NCBI GenBank assembly: GCA_017480745.1
Contig: JAFUSA010000031.1
Span: 13,792 to 77,791 of the forward strand
Length of the DNA stretch: 64,000 nucleotides
Reading direction: 5' to 3'
Source of the DNA: Alphaproteobacteria bacterium
Lineage (GTDB): Bacteria > Pseudomonadota > Alphaproteobacteria > RF32 > CAG-239
Shown: positions 50,587-61,529 of the stretch, one piece after another
How positions within the stretch are numbered: position 1 is the stretch's first letter
Layout of the letters: each line of letters starts with the position of its first letter
Program-made: the position numbers and the translations under genes
Notes under the pieces: model-generated
Seen by the model: only the letters and a program-made list of their open reading frames with translations
What the model was told of the DNA's origin: nothing
Database searches by the model: none

Positions 50587-51579
50587 ATGAAAAAAATTTT
50601 TTTGTGGTTGTTTTTAACTTTTTTTCTTAGCAACAATTCTTTTGCTATGAATATGGTTAAAAAAGAAAATTACTTGCGCTATGATTTAACAATTACCGGG
50701 TTACCTGATTATCCTCCATTTTCATATTATGAGCTGGGCGGGCGCGAAAAGGATATATATTTTTTACATGGCGCGTTTTTGAAACCGACCAAAGATGTTA
50801 TGGAAAAATACGGATTTGCCATAGAGAATGTTAGATTGAAAGGGGTTAATAATCCCAAACTTGATGTAAAAATGATGTTGTTGGATGTTAAAAGCGGCAA
50901 TATCAATCTTTATGTCGGAGCTTATGCCAATACAAGAATATTTTCCGGTTTGGAAATGATTTTTCCGGCGGCGCTTTCTAATCCTATTCACGTTATAACC
51001 TTGCCGGAAACACAAGATAAAATAAATACCCAAGGAGATTTGAAAAAACTTAGGGGAATTGTTTGCAAAAAAGAGTATTTCAGCGATTTTGTGTTGAGGA
51101 AAATGAAAGAACTTAATGTAAAGTTTGTAAATGAACCTTTTGAAGCTTATGAAATGTTGTTTACCGGTGAGGCCGATTATTTGTTAGGGAGTTTATATTA
51201 TAACCGAATGATGTCAAGTAAACAAGGTATCGAACGCTATTTAGGATATTCTAAAAAGCCGTTATTCAAAATGCCTATGTTTATTGCAATATCTAAGGTA
51301 ACACCCATGTTTTCGGAATATATGCGTGTATTTAAGGATGAATTTGCCAAACCGGAATATGCTATTGCCGTAAAGAAAGAAATTATCCGTATTGTTGAAG
51401 AAGAGGTGCGTAAGAATAACGGTATAGTTCCGCCGACTTTTGCTAAAAAAGTTTTACAAGCTCCGGTGGCAAAAATTGTTAAACAGGAAGAAATTGAGCA
51501 AACACCTGAAGCTGATGGCTATATTGTTCAAAAGAAAGAAAAGGCAAAGACATTTGATGATGTATTGGACGGAATTTAG
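50587..51579 (+). CDS. Periplasmic substrate-binding protein, family 3-like
   Basis: Signal peptide, DYPPFSY, LFTGEADY. Confidence 0.72.
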   Translation: MKKIFLWLFLTFFLSNNSFAMNMVKKENYLRYDLTITGLPDYPPFSYYELGGREKDIYFLHGAFLKPTKDVMEKYGFAIENVRLKGVNNPKLDVKMMLLDVKSGNINLYVGAYANTRIFSGLEMIFPAALSNPIHVITLPETQDKINTQGDLKKLRGIVCKKEYFSDFVLRKMKELNVKFVNEPFEAYEMLFTGEADYLLGSLYYNRMMSSKQGIERYLGYSKKPLFKMPMFIAISKVTPMFSEYMRVFKDEFAKPEYAIAVKKEIIRIVEEEVRKNNGIVPPTFAKKVLQAPVAKIVKQEEIEQTPEADGYIVQKKEKAKTFDDVLDGI

Positions 51580-51588
51580 GAGTTTATA

Positions 51589-52254
51589 ATGGTTCTTTTG
51601 GTTCATAGCAGTATTTCACCTCATTGCCGTAAAGTGCGGATTTTGATGGCGGAAAAGAAAATGTTATATGTGTTGAAAGAGGAAACACCGTGGGCTCTTT
51701 CAAAAGATATTATGAAAATAAATCCGTCCGGAGAACTTCCGATTTTTATTTATGACGGTAATATTATCGCCGGTAATTATGCAATATGCGAGTTTTTGGA
51801 AGAAACTTATACACAAAATCGTTTAATAGTCGGCGATAATAAAGGAAGAGCAGAAACAAGAAGACTGATTGATTGGTTCGATAATAAATTTTATCGCGAA
51901 GTGTTTCAATATGTTGCCGGAGAAAAAATATATAAACGATTTGCCCTCAAACAACCGCCGGAATCTAAAAAAATTAAGGTCGGAATTAATAATTTGCACT
52001 ATCATTTAGAATATATTGATTGGATTGCGGAAAGAAATAATTACTTGGTTGGGAACGATTTTTCTTTGGCAGATATAAGTGCAGCAGCACAATTATCTGT
52101 TTTGGATTATTTAGGTGATGTGCCGTGGGATAACTACGCAAATGCCAAATTATGGTATTCTAAAATAAAGTCACGACCAAGCTTTAAAGAAATATTAAAC
52201 GACAGAATTAAAGGAATTTATCCTTCAAAACAATATGCAGATTTGGATTTTTAA
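51589..52254 (+). CDS. Glutathione S-transferase family protein, FzlA-like
   Basis: SPHCRKVR, NPSGELP, SLADISAAAQLSVLDYLGDVPW, KSRPSF, C-terminal YADLDF. Confidence 0.85.
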   Translation: MVLLVHSSISPHCRKVRILMAEKKMLYVLKEETPWALSKDIMKINPSGELPIFIYDGNIIAGNYAICEFLEETYTQNRLIVGDNKGRAETRRLIDWFDNKFYREVFQYVAGEKIYKRFALKQPPESKKIKVGINNLHYHLEYIDWIAERNNYLVGNDFSLADISAAAQLSVLDYLGDVPWDNYANAKLWYSKIKSRPSFKEILNDRIKGIYPSKQYADLDF

Positions 52255-52256
52255 CC

Positions 52257-52718
52257 ATGAGATACGCTGTTTTTTTACTCACTTTTATTTTGAGCTCCTG
52301 TTCTTCTTATTGGGGAGGAAAAGGGCAAATAATTTATAATTGGGAAAGAGAAAATACCGGAGTAGCAAAGTTTTCTCGGGATCATTCGGAATGTCTTAAA
52401 GAAGCGGAAGGGTGGTTCCATTTTCCGGATTTATCAAACTGGTTTTATACCGAGGAATATCGTTATGATATTCATGTAAATTGGTATAAAGAAAAAGGTA
52501 TATGGGCGAGTTATGTTCCTTATAAAGGAGCTTCTCCTATATTGGTTAATTCCATTCGCGATTCGGCAGAATCAAATCCGCGTGATTATCGTTTGTGTAT
52601 GGAGGCAAAAGGCTATTGGCACCGCACTTATGATATTCCGACCGTAACGAATTTGTTTATTTATAAGCCTCAGAAACCTTCTGACAGGATTCCGTTTGAA
52701 GAATACAACTATCAATAG
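52257..52718 (+). CDS. Hypothetical lipoprotein
   Basis: Lipobox LSSC; DHSEC...CMEAKGY pattern. Confidence 0.75.
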   Translation: MRYAVFLLTFILSSCSSYWGGKGQIIYNWERENTGVAKFSRDHSECLKEAEGWFHFPDLSNWFYTEEYRYDIHVNWYKEKGIWASYVPYKGASPILVNSIRDSAESNPRDYRLCMEAKGYWHRTYDIPTVTNLFIYKPQKPSDRIPFEEYNYQ

Positions 52719-54096
52719 TTGCCCCGCTTGCTTTGTAATAAGCAATTAAATTTTGCCAAACGGCGGCAGTAGCATTGACACTGTCGCGTTGAGCTTTAAT
52801 AAGATTCTGTTGCATGGTAAGCAAATCAGAAAATTCTATTAATCCGTTTTCAAATTTGCTGCGACTTAGATAAGTGGCTTTTTCTATATTTGCGGTGGCG
52901 ACAAATTGTTTTTTTTGACTTTTAAGAGAATTTTCATAAGCTGTCATGGAATTTTTAAGTTCACTTACGGCATTCAAAAGAACTTGTTTGTATTGCGCCA
53001 AATTCTCTTCTTTTATGTATTTTTGTAACAGCACATTGTTTTGCAGGCGATTCCAGTCCAATATAGGCATATTTATTAATGGTGCATAATTATATGTTTG
53101 ACTTTCAGAATTGAATAAACCACTTCCGTTTTTCGCGGCATAACCCCAAAATCCGCTTATGTTAACATCAGGATAAAGATTAGCTATCGCTTTTGCCACT
53201 TGTGCGTTTTGGGCAATTAAATTTTGTTCGGCAATTTGCACATCTGGACGCTGACGAATTACATTTGCCGGTAAGTCATATATTTTGCTTGAATTGTGAA
53301 TATAATTGCCTTTAAACAGAGAGGTTGAAGATATTTGAACAGCAGAAGGCAAAATACCTACCAAAGTTGCCAAACTGTTACGATATGCCTCAATATTGCT
53401 TTCATATTGCGGAATTTGTGCTTGTGTATCGGCCAATAAATATTCTGCTTGTCTGTAACTTATTTCATCAATCAAACCATTATCGTATTTGTATTTTACG
53501 GTAGAAAAAATTTCTTTTTGTAAAAATAAATTTTTTTGCAATAATTCTAAATTTCTTATATTTTGTTGTAATTTAACATAATTTAAGGCAATATCTGCCG
53601 CTAACAAATTATGAGCATTAATCAGACTTAAATTTGCCGCATTTACTTTTGCCTCATCGGTTTCGTATTGCCTTAAGCTTTTTCCCCATATATCAATTTC
53701 CCACGAGGCATCAAAACCGGCAGTGTAGTAGTTTGAATTAACTGAGGCGGATATTTTTTTACTGCTTTTGTTATAATTATATCCACCTTGCGCATTAATC
53801 TGCGGTAAAAAACTTGTTATGTTAATCAATAAATTTTGTCGAGCTTGTTTCAAACGAGAAAGAGCCACCATAACAGAAGTACTTGAACACAATCCTTGTT
53901 GAATAAGTTGATTAAGTTGCTCATCTTTTAGCTGCAAATACCAATTATTCGGCAAGTGATTCGTTGGTTTAAGATGTAATTCTGCGGCAATTTTATTATC
54001 ATCGTAAAAATTAGGCTGTTTATATTTCTCACCAACATTACAAGCAAAACAAAACATACTTAAAGCGATTATATAAAAATTTTTAAGCATTTTCAT
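52657..54096 (-). CDS. TolC/NodT-family outer-membrane efflux lipoprotein
   Basis: Lipobox, [22 protein letters not shown]; third gene of the RND operon. Confidence 0.9.
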   Translation of the reverse strand: MKMLKNFYIIALSMFCFACNVGEKYKQPNFYDDNKIAAELHLKPTNHLPNNWYLQLKDEQLNQLIQQGLCSSTSVMVALSRLKQARQNLLINITSFLPQINAQGGYNYNKSSKKISASVNSNYYTAGFDASWEIDIWGKSLRQYETDEAKVNAANLSLINAHNLLAADIALNYVKLQQNIRNLELLQKNLFLQKEIFSTVKYKYDNGLIDEISYRQAEYLLADTQAQIPQYESNIEAYRNSLATLVGILPSAVQISSTSLFKGNYIHNSSKIYDLPANVIRQRPDVQIAEQNLIAQNAQVAKAIANLYPDVNISGFWGYAAKNGSGLFNSESQTYNYAPLINMPILDWNRLQNNVLLQKYIKEENLAQYKQVLLNAVSELKNSMTAYENSLKSQKKQFVATANIEKATYLSRSKFENGLIEFSDLLTMQQNLIKAQRDSVNATAAVWQNLIAYYKASGATIDSCILQTESCQKVSEAYK

Positions 54097-57000
54097 TTTT
54101 TTCTTCCCTTTTTGATATGGAAAAACGATATTCTTTTAAATGTTCAAAAATGGCAAATAACGCTGGAATAAAAATAATTCCGACAGTTGTTGCTGCAATC
54201 ATACCGAAAAACACGGCAGAACCTATGGCTATCTGTGAATTTGCTCCCGCACCTTTGGCAATTAGCATTGGAAAAACACCTAAAATAAAGGTAAAAGCTG
54301 TCATCAATACAGCCCTGTAACGTTCTTCCGCTCCCTTTTTAGCAGCTTCAGCAATACTTAACCCTTGTTCGCGATACATTTTGGTAAATTCCACAATCAA
54401 TATGGCATTTTTGGCAGCCAAACCAATTAACATAACCAATCCTAATTGAGCATATATACTTAGAGATTGTCCCATAAAAAATAGCCCGATCAAAGCACCT
54501 AAAATGGCAAAAATAGTAGAAAAAATTACCGATAATGCCAAAAACCAACTCTCATAAAGCGCCACCAAAAACAAATAACAAAAAATACCGGCCAACGAGA
54601 TAAGTATTACGGCCAAACCGCGAGTTTCCACTTCTTGTAAGCTTAATCCCGTCCACGAAATATCAAAGTTTTGCGGTAAATTTTTTTCCAATTTTTCCAA
54701 AGTATCAAGCGCCGTTCCGCTACTGATATTTTCTTTTGACATTGCCGTTATACCGGCAGAAGAATACTGGTTAAACCGATACATAATTTTTGGAGAAAGC
54801 TCTGTTTTCACTTCGGCAAAACTTTTTATTTGAATCAACCCGCCATTTTGTGAGCGCACATATAAATTGCCTATGTCGGCGATATTTTTACGATATTGAT
54901 AATCGGCTTGTAAAATTACCTTATTAACCTGCCCGTTTAAGGTAATATTATTTACGTAACGTGAGCCTAAGTTATTTTGCAAAACTGCAAACAAATCTGA
55001 TATATTAACCTTAAAATATTCCGATTTTTTGCGGTCAATATCTAAATAAATATGCGGAGTATCGGCAGTAAAAGTGCTAAAAGCATAAGAAAAATTTTTG
55101 TTTTGATTTATTTGTTGTAAATATTTGTTTAATTCTTGAACAAGAGTTTGCGGAGATAAGTCATTATCCGTAGTTAAAAACTCCAAAGAGATACCGTTAC
55201 TATTTCCAACTCCTGGAATGGATGGCGGAGCAAAAAAGTTTATTTCGGCTTGTTTGTTTTGTGAAAATTCCGCCCGTAGCTTATCTGTTATTGCCTCTAC
55301 GGAAAGAGAAGATTTTTTGCGCATATTCCAATCATCAAGACCTATCACCCCGAAAGCCACATTTTCTCCGCCGCCGCCCAACATACTGAAACCGGCAATG
55401 GATATAAAATATTTAACCCCTTCCATCGGTAATATTTTTTCGTTCATTTCGCTTAATACTTCATTTGTTCGGTTAATACTTGATGTATCCGATAGTTGAA
55501 CATTGGCAAAAATAATTCCCTGATCTTCCGGAGGCAAAAAAGAAGTTGGTGTAAAATTAAATGCCATTATTATGGCGGCAATTGTTAATACTATAATTGC
55601 ACCGGTTAAACGCAAACGAGAGGTGAAAAATTCAACAAACTTCAAATAATGATTTTTGCTGTTTTCTAATAATTCATCAAATTTTTTGAAAAATATTCGG
55701 CTTTTTTCTTCGTGATTTGATTGCAAAAAAATAGAACATAATGCCGGACTCAATGTTAAAGCATTGACAGATGAAAAAGAAACCGATGCAGCTATGGTTA
55801 CGGCAAACTGCTGATATATCTTTCCGGTAATTCCCGCCATTAATCCCACTGGTATGAAAATAGCCAACAAAACAAAAGTAGTGGCAATGATTGCTCCGCT
55901 TATTTGTTGCATAGCAGTAACAGAAGCCTGATGTGCATTCATTTGACTGTTTATCATCAAATATTGCACACGCTCCACCACAATTATTGCATCATCAACC
56001 ACCAATCCGATTGCTAAAATCATAGCAAATAAAGTTAAAATATTTATATTAAACCCCAAAGCATAAATTACGGCAAATGTGGCTATTAATGACACCGGAA
56101 TTGTTAAAAGAGGTATAAGGGTTGTTGTTAATTTTTGTAAAAATATGTATGTAACTAACACCACTAAAAAAAAGGTAATTGCTAATGTTTCAATAATACT
56201 ATCAATAGAGGCCCGCACATAATCTGTGGAATCATAGGCAATACTGAAATCCATATCTTCCGGTAGTTTTTGAGAGAGTTCATTCATTTTTTGTTTAATG
56301 TTATCCATAATCTGCAAAGAGTTTGTGTTAGGAGTTTGATTGATTGCCATAATCAATGCCGGCGCATTATTATAAGATGATTTTATGTTATAAATATCAG
56401 CACCAAGCTCGATATGCGCTACATCTTTTAGATATATTACGGCTCCGTCAGAAGATGTTGCCACCACAATATTTTCAAAATCTTCTACGCTGTTTAATAA
56501 ACCCTTTGCCGTTAAAGAAAGCACCATTTTATTATTTATATCACTCGGCGCTGAACCGATACTACCGATGGACGCTTGCACATTTTGCGTTTTGACGGCA
56601 TTTAATATATCATTGCTGTTTAAACCCAAAGCACTGATTTTATCGCTGTTTAACCATATTCGCATACTGTATTGCGGACCGAAGATTTGAATATCACCAA
56701 CACCTTTAATGCGTGAGAGAGCGTTTTTCAAATTAGTATAAGCATAATTGCTCAAAAATAAATTATTATATGTGTGATTTGGAGAGCGCAAAACTAACAG
56801 AGCCAACATATTAGCGTTTTGAGTGCGCACATTCATTCCGTATTGCACAACTTCTTCCGGCAATTCAGATGTTACCTGTTGCAAGCGATTTTGCACTTTT
56901 ACCTGAGCAATATCAGCATCCGTTCCCACCTCAAAAGTTACGGTTAATTTGTATGAACCGTTATCATCGGAGCTGGATGACATATAAAGCATATTATCTA

Positions 57001-57217
57001 CACCGTTTATTTCATTTTCCACCGGAACAGCCACTGTATCAACCAAAACTTTGGCATTTGCTCCGTAATAAGTGGTAGAAACCACAATTTGCGGAGGAGT
57101 AATTTCCGGATATTGTGCCACCGGTAACACACTTAATGCCAAAAGACCGATTAAAATCATTACAATCGCTACCACAATGGCAAAACGAGGTCTATCAATA
57201 AAGAAAGCTGAAAACAT
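54083..57217 (-). CDS. RND efflux permease (AcrB/HAE1 family)
   Basis: [42 protein letters not shown]. Confidence 0.95.
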   Translation of the reverse strand: MFSAFFIDRPRFAIVVAIVMILIGLLALSVLPVAQYPEITPPQIVVSTTYYGANAKVLVDTVAVPVENEINGVDNMLYMSSSSDDNGSYKLTVTFEVGTDADIAQVKVQNRLQQVTSELPEEVVQYGMNVRTQNANMLALLVLRSPNHTYNNLFLSNYAYTNLKNALSRIKGVGDIQIFGPQYSMRIWLNSDKISALGLNSNDILNAVKTQNVQASIGSIGSAPSDINNKMVLSLTAKGLLNSVEDFENIVVATSSDGAVIYLKDVAHIELGADIYNIKSSYNNAPALIMAINQTPNTNSLQIMDNIKQKMNELSQKLPEDMDFSIAYDSTDYVRASIDSIIETLAITFFLVVLVTYIFLQKLTTTLIPLLTIPVSLIATFAVIYALGFNINILTLFAMILAIGLVVDDAIIVVERVQYLMINSQMNAHQASVTAMQQISGAIIATTFVLLAIFIPVGLMAGITGKIYQQFAVTIAASVSFSSVNALTLSPALCSIFLQSNHEEKSRIFFKKFDELLENSKNHYLKFVEFFTSRLRLTGAIIVLTIAAIIMAFNFTPTSFLPPEDQGIIFANVQLSDTSSINRTNEVLSEMNEKILPMEGVKYFISIAGFSMLGGGGENVAFGVIGLDDWNMRKKSSLSVEAITDKLRAEFSQNKQAEINFFAPPSIPGVGNSNGISLEFLTTDNDLSPQTLVQELNKYLQQINQNKNFSYAFSTFTADTPHIYLDIDRKKSEYFKVNISDLFAVLQNNLGSRYVNNITLNGQVNKVILQADYQYRKNIADIGNLYVRSQNGGLIQIKSFAEVKTELSPKIMYRFNQYSSAGITAMSKENISSGTALDTLEKLEKNLPQNFDISWTGLSLQEVETRGLAVILISLAGIFCYLFLVALYESWFLALSVIFSTIFAILGALIGLFFMGQSLSIYAQLGLVMLIGLAAKNAILIVEFTKMYREQGLSIAEAAKKGAEERYRAVLMTAFTFILGVFPMLIAKGAGANSQIAIGSAVFFGMIAATTVGIIFIPALFAIFEHLKEYRFSISKREEKNENA

Positions 57218-57220
57218 CGT

Positions 57221-58342
57221 CTATTTCTCCGTTTGCATCAACTTATATTCTGCTTTTTTTCCAAGCATACGTTCATCAACATCTTCCACCACAATCATTT
57301 CGTTGGGAGCAAAAGAATTTTTCACCAAAAAATAATTGTTTTGTTCGGCCAAGATATCAACTTTATGCAAAGTTAAAACACCCTCTTTAACAGAATACAC
57401 ATAATCTCCGTCAGCATGTATTATCAGCCAGTTCTTTTGCAACTTTACAACATTTTCGTATTCTCGTTCCAACAACACATTAACAAAAGCGTCGGGAATT
57501 AAAAGATGCTCCGGATTGGCAAATATGGCATAAACCGCAATGGAATTTGTTGTTGGGTTTATTTGATTAGCGGAATATTGAATTTTTCCGGTTTGCGGAA
57601 GAATACTACCGTTAGCTAATTGTGCTTTTACGGTAAGAGGAGCTTTGTTTTTATGTTGCATATTGTTCAAAAATTCTTTATCACTGAGAGAAAAAACAAC
57701 TCTTATCGGGTCATATTGCACCAGATACGCCAAATTACGGCTTTGTGGAGAAATGTAATTTCCGATTGAAGAAGCTATATTACCCAAAACACCATCAAAC
57801 GGAGCTTTAATCAAAGTATATTCCAAATTTGTACGTGCCGAAAATTTTTGGGCTTCTGCCTTTGCCATATTGCCTTTGGCAGATAAATACTGTGCTTTGG
57901 CATTATCTAATTCTGTTAGGGAAACGGCTTTTTCACCGGCACTCTGCATACGCTCGTATTTTATTTTGGCGTTTAAATAATCTGCTTTGGCAGAAAAAAG
58001 ATTTGCCTCTGCGGCGGCCAAATCAGCAATGTATTCATCTTGCTGAATTTTTAGCAAAACATCTCCGCGTTGCACTTTTTGTCCGCCGGTAGCAATAATA
58101 TCAACCACATAACCGCTGATATAAGGCACTATTTCCGTGGCATTTATAGCGTCAACACGCCCGATATATGAGTGCACAACCGTTTGTTTTTGAGCCTGAG
58201 GTGCAATTACAGATATTTTTTCATCATAAACAGGCTTGTTAGTGTTTTTTCCACGATGTAAAGTTATAGCATACCAAACAACGGTTACAACAATAATAAA
58301 AAGTGCAAACGAAAACAGTTGTTTTTTGATATTCTTTTGCAT
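57221..58342 (-). CDS. RND periplasmic adaptor (membrane fusion protein)
   Basis: N-terminal TM anchor, GQKVQRGDVL and IKAPFDG motifs. Confidence 0.92.
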   Translation of the reverse strand: MQKNIKKQLFSFALFIIVVTVVWYAITLHRGKNTNKPVYDEKISVIAPQAQKQTVVHSYIGRVDAINATEIVPYISGYVVDIIATGGQKVQRGDVLLKIQQDEYIADLAAAEANLFSAKADYLNAKIKYERMQSAGEKAVSLTELDNAKAQYLSAKGNMAKAEAQKFSARTNLEYTLIKAPFDGVLGNIASSIGNYISPQSRNLAYLVQYDPIRVVFSLSDKEFLNNMQHKNKAPLTVKAQLANGSILPQTGKIQYSANQINPTTNSIAVYAIFANPEHLLIPDAFVNVLLEREYENVVKLQKNWLIIHADGDYVYSVKEGVLTLHKVDILAEQNNYFLVKNSFAPNEMIVVEDVDERMLGKKAEYKLMQTEK

Positions 58343-58405
58343 AATTTATCCTCCTGAGTATTTTCTCATTTTAGATAATCAGCAAAATGTTCTTTTCAAT
58401 AAAAG

Positions 58406-59278
58406 TTATTGCATTAATTCAACTGCGCGAGTTAATTTGCGAATGGAATTCAGTTCTATTTGTCGCACACGTTCTTTTGATATGTTATAAATGCGACTTA
58501 AATCATCAAGAGTTATGTTTTCTTCACTCATACGGCGTTTGAAAAGAATATCTTTTTCGCGTTGATTCAAGACATTTACGGCTTTATAAAATAATTTGCG
58601 GCGATAGTTTACAGTTTCGCGGTATGAAAGTTGCTCCTCCTGATTTGGATGATTATCATAAATAAAATCCATCCATTCGGCTCCGCTATCACCCTCACTG
58701 TTATCAATAACAATGTTCAAAGAACCATCATGTGCTTTAAGTCTTGTATTCATATCGGTTACTTCTTGTTCACTGACATCTAAAAACTGAGCAATATCTT
58801 TAATAACATCGTCAGAAAGTTCTCGATCATCCATTAAATTAAGGTTATTTTTTATTTTCCGCAAATTAAAAAATAATTTTTTCTGCGCAGCAGTTGTACC
58901 AACTTTAACCAGTGACCACGAATTCAAGATATATTTCTGCACGGCAGCTTTAATCCACCACAACGCATAAGTGGAAAATCTAAATCCTTTATCTGGTTCA
59001 AATTTTTTAATAGCATAAAGTAAACCAATATTTCCTTCGGCAATCATTTCATTGAGTGGCAAGCCGTATCCTTTATATTTGGAAACAACCTTAACCACAA
59101 GGCGTAAATGCGAAGTTATAAGTTGATATGCAATATCTTTATCGGCAGTTTCTTTGTATTTTACCGCTAATTCATATTCTTCTTCCTGAGATAACAGCGG
59201 AAAACGCCTGATATTTTGTAAGTAACGCGCCATATTAATATCGGGCGAAAAGTCAAGTCCAGTAAGAGCAGTTTCCAT
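58406..59278 (-). CDS. rpoH: RNA polymerase sigma-32 factor (start moved to ATG 59278)
   Basis: RpoH box KVGTTAAQKKLFFNLRK, GFRFSTYALWWI, SKERVRQIE; AGGAG SD before METAL. Confidence 0.93.
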   Translation of the reverse strand: METALTGLDFSPDINMARYLQNIRRFPLLSQEEEYELAVKYKETADKDIAYQLITSHLRLVVKVVSKYKGYGLPLNEMIAEGNIGLLYAIKKFEPDKGFRFSTYALWWIKAAVQKYILNSWSLVKVGTTAAQKKLFFNLRKIKNNLNLMDDRELSDDVIKDIAQFLDVSEQEVTDMNTRLKAHDGSLNIVIDNSEGDSGAEWMDFIYDNHPNQEEQLSYRETVNYRRKLFYKAVNVLNQREKDILFKRRMSEENITLDDLSRIYNISKERVRQIELNSIRKLTRAVELMQ

Positions 59279-59372
59279 TATTGTTCTCCTTTTAATTGAC
59301 CACACGATAATAGTAATATATTTTTTATTATACAACCTATACTTTTGTTTTAGACTTTTCTGCAAAAAATAT

Positions 59373-59400
59373 TTGACTTTTACTTTTTTTATGGTATAGT
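59373..59400 (+). promoter_or_regulatory. Promoter of pilin leader B
   Basis: TTGACT (59373-59378), 16-nt spacer ending TGG, TATAGT (59395-59400). Confidence 0.72.
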
Positions 59401-59406
59401 GAAGTC

Positions 59407-59605
59407 AGAACTTCGGTTCGGAGCTCTCAAAAGCTCTTATTAAGGTTGGCATCAAAAGATGTCATTAGTAAATGTGATAATATCTCCGATTTGGGTTGGG
59501 GAGTCTGTAACGGATGTTCAGAGCATTTGCTTAAAGGTTATGGAAATCATTTGCCTTAATATGATTTTTGAGCTCTCCCGACCGCCATTTAGCGGTCAAT
59601 TTTTT
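59407..59605 (+). ncRNA. Pilin leader RNA, copy B (candidate riboswitch/attenuator)
   Basis: Starts AGAAC-UUCG-GUUC; pseudoknots CUCAAA/UUUGAG and UAUUAAGGU/GCCUUAAUA; terminator GACCGC/GCGGUC-AAUUUUUU. Confidence 0.85.
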
Positions 59606-59639
59606 AATGTGTTAACCTCTGAATTTAGGAGATAAAATT

Positions 59640-60281
59640 ATGAAAAAATGTAATTTAAAAAATAATGATTATCTCTCCCCTTGCGGGAGAGAGAGCCAGT
59701 CCGGACGTTCAATGATTGAGATGTTGGGCGTTTTAGCTATCATTGGCGTGCTTTCTGTTGGCGGAATCGCAGGATACAGCAAAGCAATGATGAAGTATCG
59801 TATTAACAAAACCATTGAGCAGATAACCCTCATTGCCGGTAACATAAGAACATTTTTTGCTCCACAAGGAAATTATGCCGGTCTGGATAATGAAAAAGTA
59901 ATCCGAAAGGCCAAACTTATACCTGAAGAAATGATAGAGTATTATGTTGAAGGACCAGGTATTTCAATTGACTATGAAGGCACAATAAAATCCATAATAA
60001 ATCCGTTTGATGGCGCATTTATTATTCATACAGAAGAAGATTATAGAGCGTTTGGTTTTTCGTTAACAAACATACCGGAAGAAGCCTGTATAGAACTTCT
60101 AAGCAATGATTGGACTGAATTGAATGTAACGCATTTTTGCCACTCAGGTCCTCCTGTATGTATTACGCCGAAAGCAGATTTTGATAAAATACTGACCTTG
60201 TGTGAAAAAGCAAAAGATAGCTATTTGTTTCTTTTCTTTGAATTAAAAAATGAATTACCCGGCGATGGAAGCTGGTTATGA
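59640..60281 (+). CDS. Type IV pilin-like protein (pilin 4)
   Basis: G/RSMIEMLGVLAIIGVLSVGG, KAKLIPEEM, IPEEACIELLSNDW. Confidence 0.88.
   Translation: MKKCNLKNNDYLSPCGRESQSGRSMIEMLGVLAIIGVLSVGGIAGYSKAMMKYRINKTIEQITLIAGNIRTFFAPQGNYAGLDNEKVIRKAKLIPEEMIEYYVEGPGISIDYEGTIKSIINPFDGAFIIHTEEDYRAFGFSLTNIPEEACIELLSNDWTELNVTHFCHSGPPVCITPKADFDKILTLCEKAKDSYLFLFFELKNELPGDGSWL
59672..59692. repeat. REP-like GC-rich palindrome inside the prepilin leader peptide
   Basis: TCTCTCCC-CTTGC-GGGAGAGA; a degenerate copy in the opposite gene-relative orientation lies at 27981-28003. Confidence 0.65.
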
Positions 60282-60289
60282 ATCAACAA

Positions 60290-60315
60290 AAGAGCCGCCT
60301 GAACAAGGCGGCTTT
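60290..60315. terminator. Terminator between pilin 4 and rplQ
   Basis: AGCCGCCT-GAACA-AGGCGGCT. Confidence 0.75.
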
Positions 60316-60338
60316 GAACGAAAAAACAAACGTTATTA

Positions 60339-60791
60339 TTATTCTGCTGATGCAGTCTCGGCTTTTTCTGCTTCGGCTGCTGCTGCTTTTTCAGCGGCAA
60401 CGCGAGCCAAATCTTTCGCACCTTTGGCCTTAACATCGCGATCAACCAATTCAATAATCGCCATCGGAGCACAGTCGCCATAACGGAAACCGGCTTTCAA
60501 AACGCGGGTATAACCGCCGTTGCGATCTTTATAACGTTCTGCCAATGTAGAGAAAAGCTTAGAAACAACTTCATTATTACGCAAAAAACCTGCGGCTAAA
60601 CGACGGCTGTTTAAATCGCCTCTCTTGGCATATGTAATCATATTATCGGCAAAAGTTCTCAACTCTTTGGCGCGAGTTAATGTGATTGTAATTTGTTCAT
60701 GTGTCAGCAAAGCGCCGGTCAAATTAGAAAACAAAGCTCTTCTTTGGCTTTTCGGCATACTGAACTTTCTATGTTTATCACCATGTCTCAT
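60339..60791 (-). CDS. rplQ: 50S ribosomal protein L17
   Basis: MRHG start, [43 protein letters not shown]. Confidence 0.97.
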   Translation of the reverse strand: MRHGDKHRKFSMPKSQRRALFSNLTGALLTHEQITITLTRAKELRTFADNMITYAKRGDLNSRRLAAGFLRNNEVVSKLFSTLAERYKDRNGGYTRVLKAGFRYGDCAPMAIIELVDRDVKAKGAKDLARVAAEKAAAAEAEKAETASAE

Positions 60792-61002
60792 GATGTCATT
60801 CCTTTCTTTTCTGTGCTTTGCCTGGCAAAGCGGGTAAACACAAAGCTTTTACTACGGTGACGCAATGCGCTCATACATAAAAGCAATCAGATTCGTTGGT
60901 TGTTTAACATACTATTTTATTAAAAGCAAGATAAAAAAATACAAAATGTATAAAAAAATTTCGCCGGCACCCCAAAGCGTCGGCGAAATAAAACAAAATT
61001 TT

Positions 61003-61518
61003 TTAATTTTGCATATTTTCCTGAGCTACATCGGCTCCGGCATTTATGGCAATTTTTTTAAATTTTTGTTTTTCTGCCGGTAATTTAGGAATAGACACAT
61101 TCAACACACCGTTTTTATAAGCAGCGGTAACATGATCGTAATCCAAATCCCATGGCAAAGGCACTGTGCGTTTGAAAGTGCCGTAAGAAATTTCCGAAAA
61201 ATAAGCATCTTTATCTTTGGATTCGACAATATTTTTCTTTTCTCCGCAAACCGATAAATAGCCATCGGGAGAAATCTGTAAATCCAAATCTTTTTCTTCA
61301 ATTCCCGGAAGTTCGGCCGTAATATTAACTGCCGACTTTGTTTCCACAATTTGTAAATGTGGTTCAATTTCAGTTATGGACGAACCTTCACTGACAGAAC
61401 CTGTTGTATCAAAGTAGTTCCAAAAATAATTCATCAGATGATTAAATTCACTATTCCGGCCAAACGGCATCATCTCGCCGGATCCGGAACGGGTGTTGCT
61501 GGAAATCATACTCTTCAT
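61003..61518 (-). CDS. Small heat-shock protein (Hsp20/alpha-crystallin)
   Basis: TAELPGI, EISYGTFKRTVPLP, AAYKNGVLNVSIPK. Confidence 0.92.
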   Translation of the reverse strand: MKSMISSNTRSGSGEMMPFGRNSEFNHLMNYFWNYFDTTGSVSEGSSITEIEPHLQIVETKSAVNITAELPGIEEKDLDLQISPDGYLSVCGEKKNIVESKDKDAYFSEISYGTFKRTVPLPWDLDYDHVTAAYKNGVLNVSIPKLPAEKQKFKKIAINAGADVAQENMQN

Positions 61519-61529
61519 ACCCGTTGCTC

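Noticed and set aside
59279-59365. N-terminal extension of rpoH in the ORF track
   Set aside because: A strong AGGAG SD precedes ATG 59278; the extension covers the divergent promoter region.
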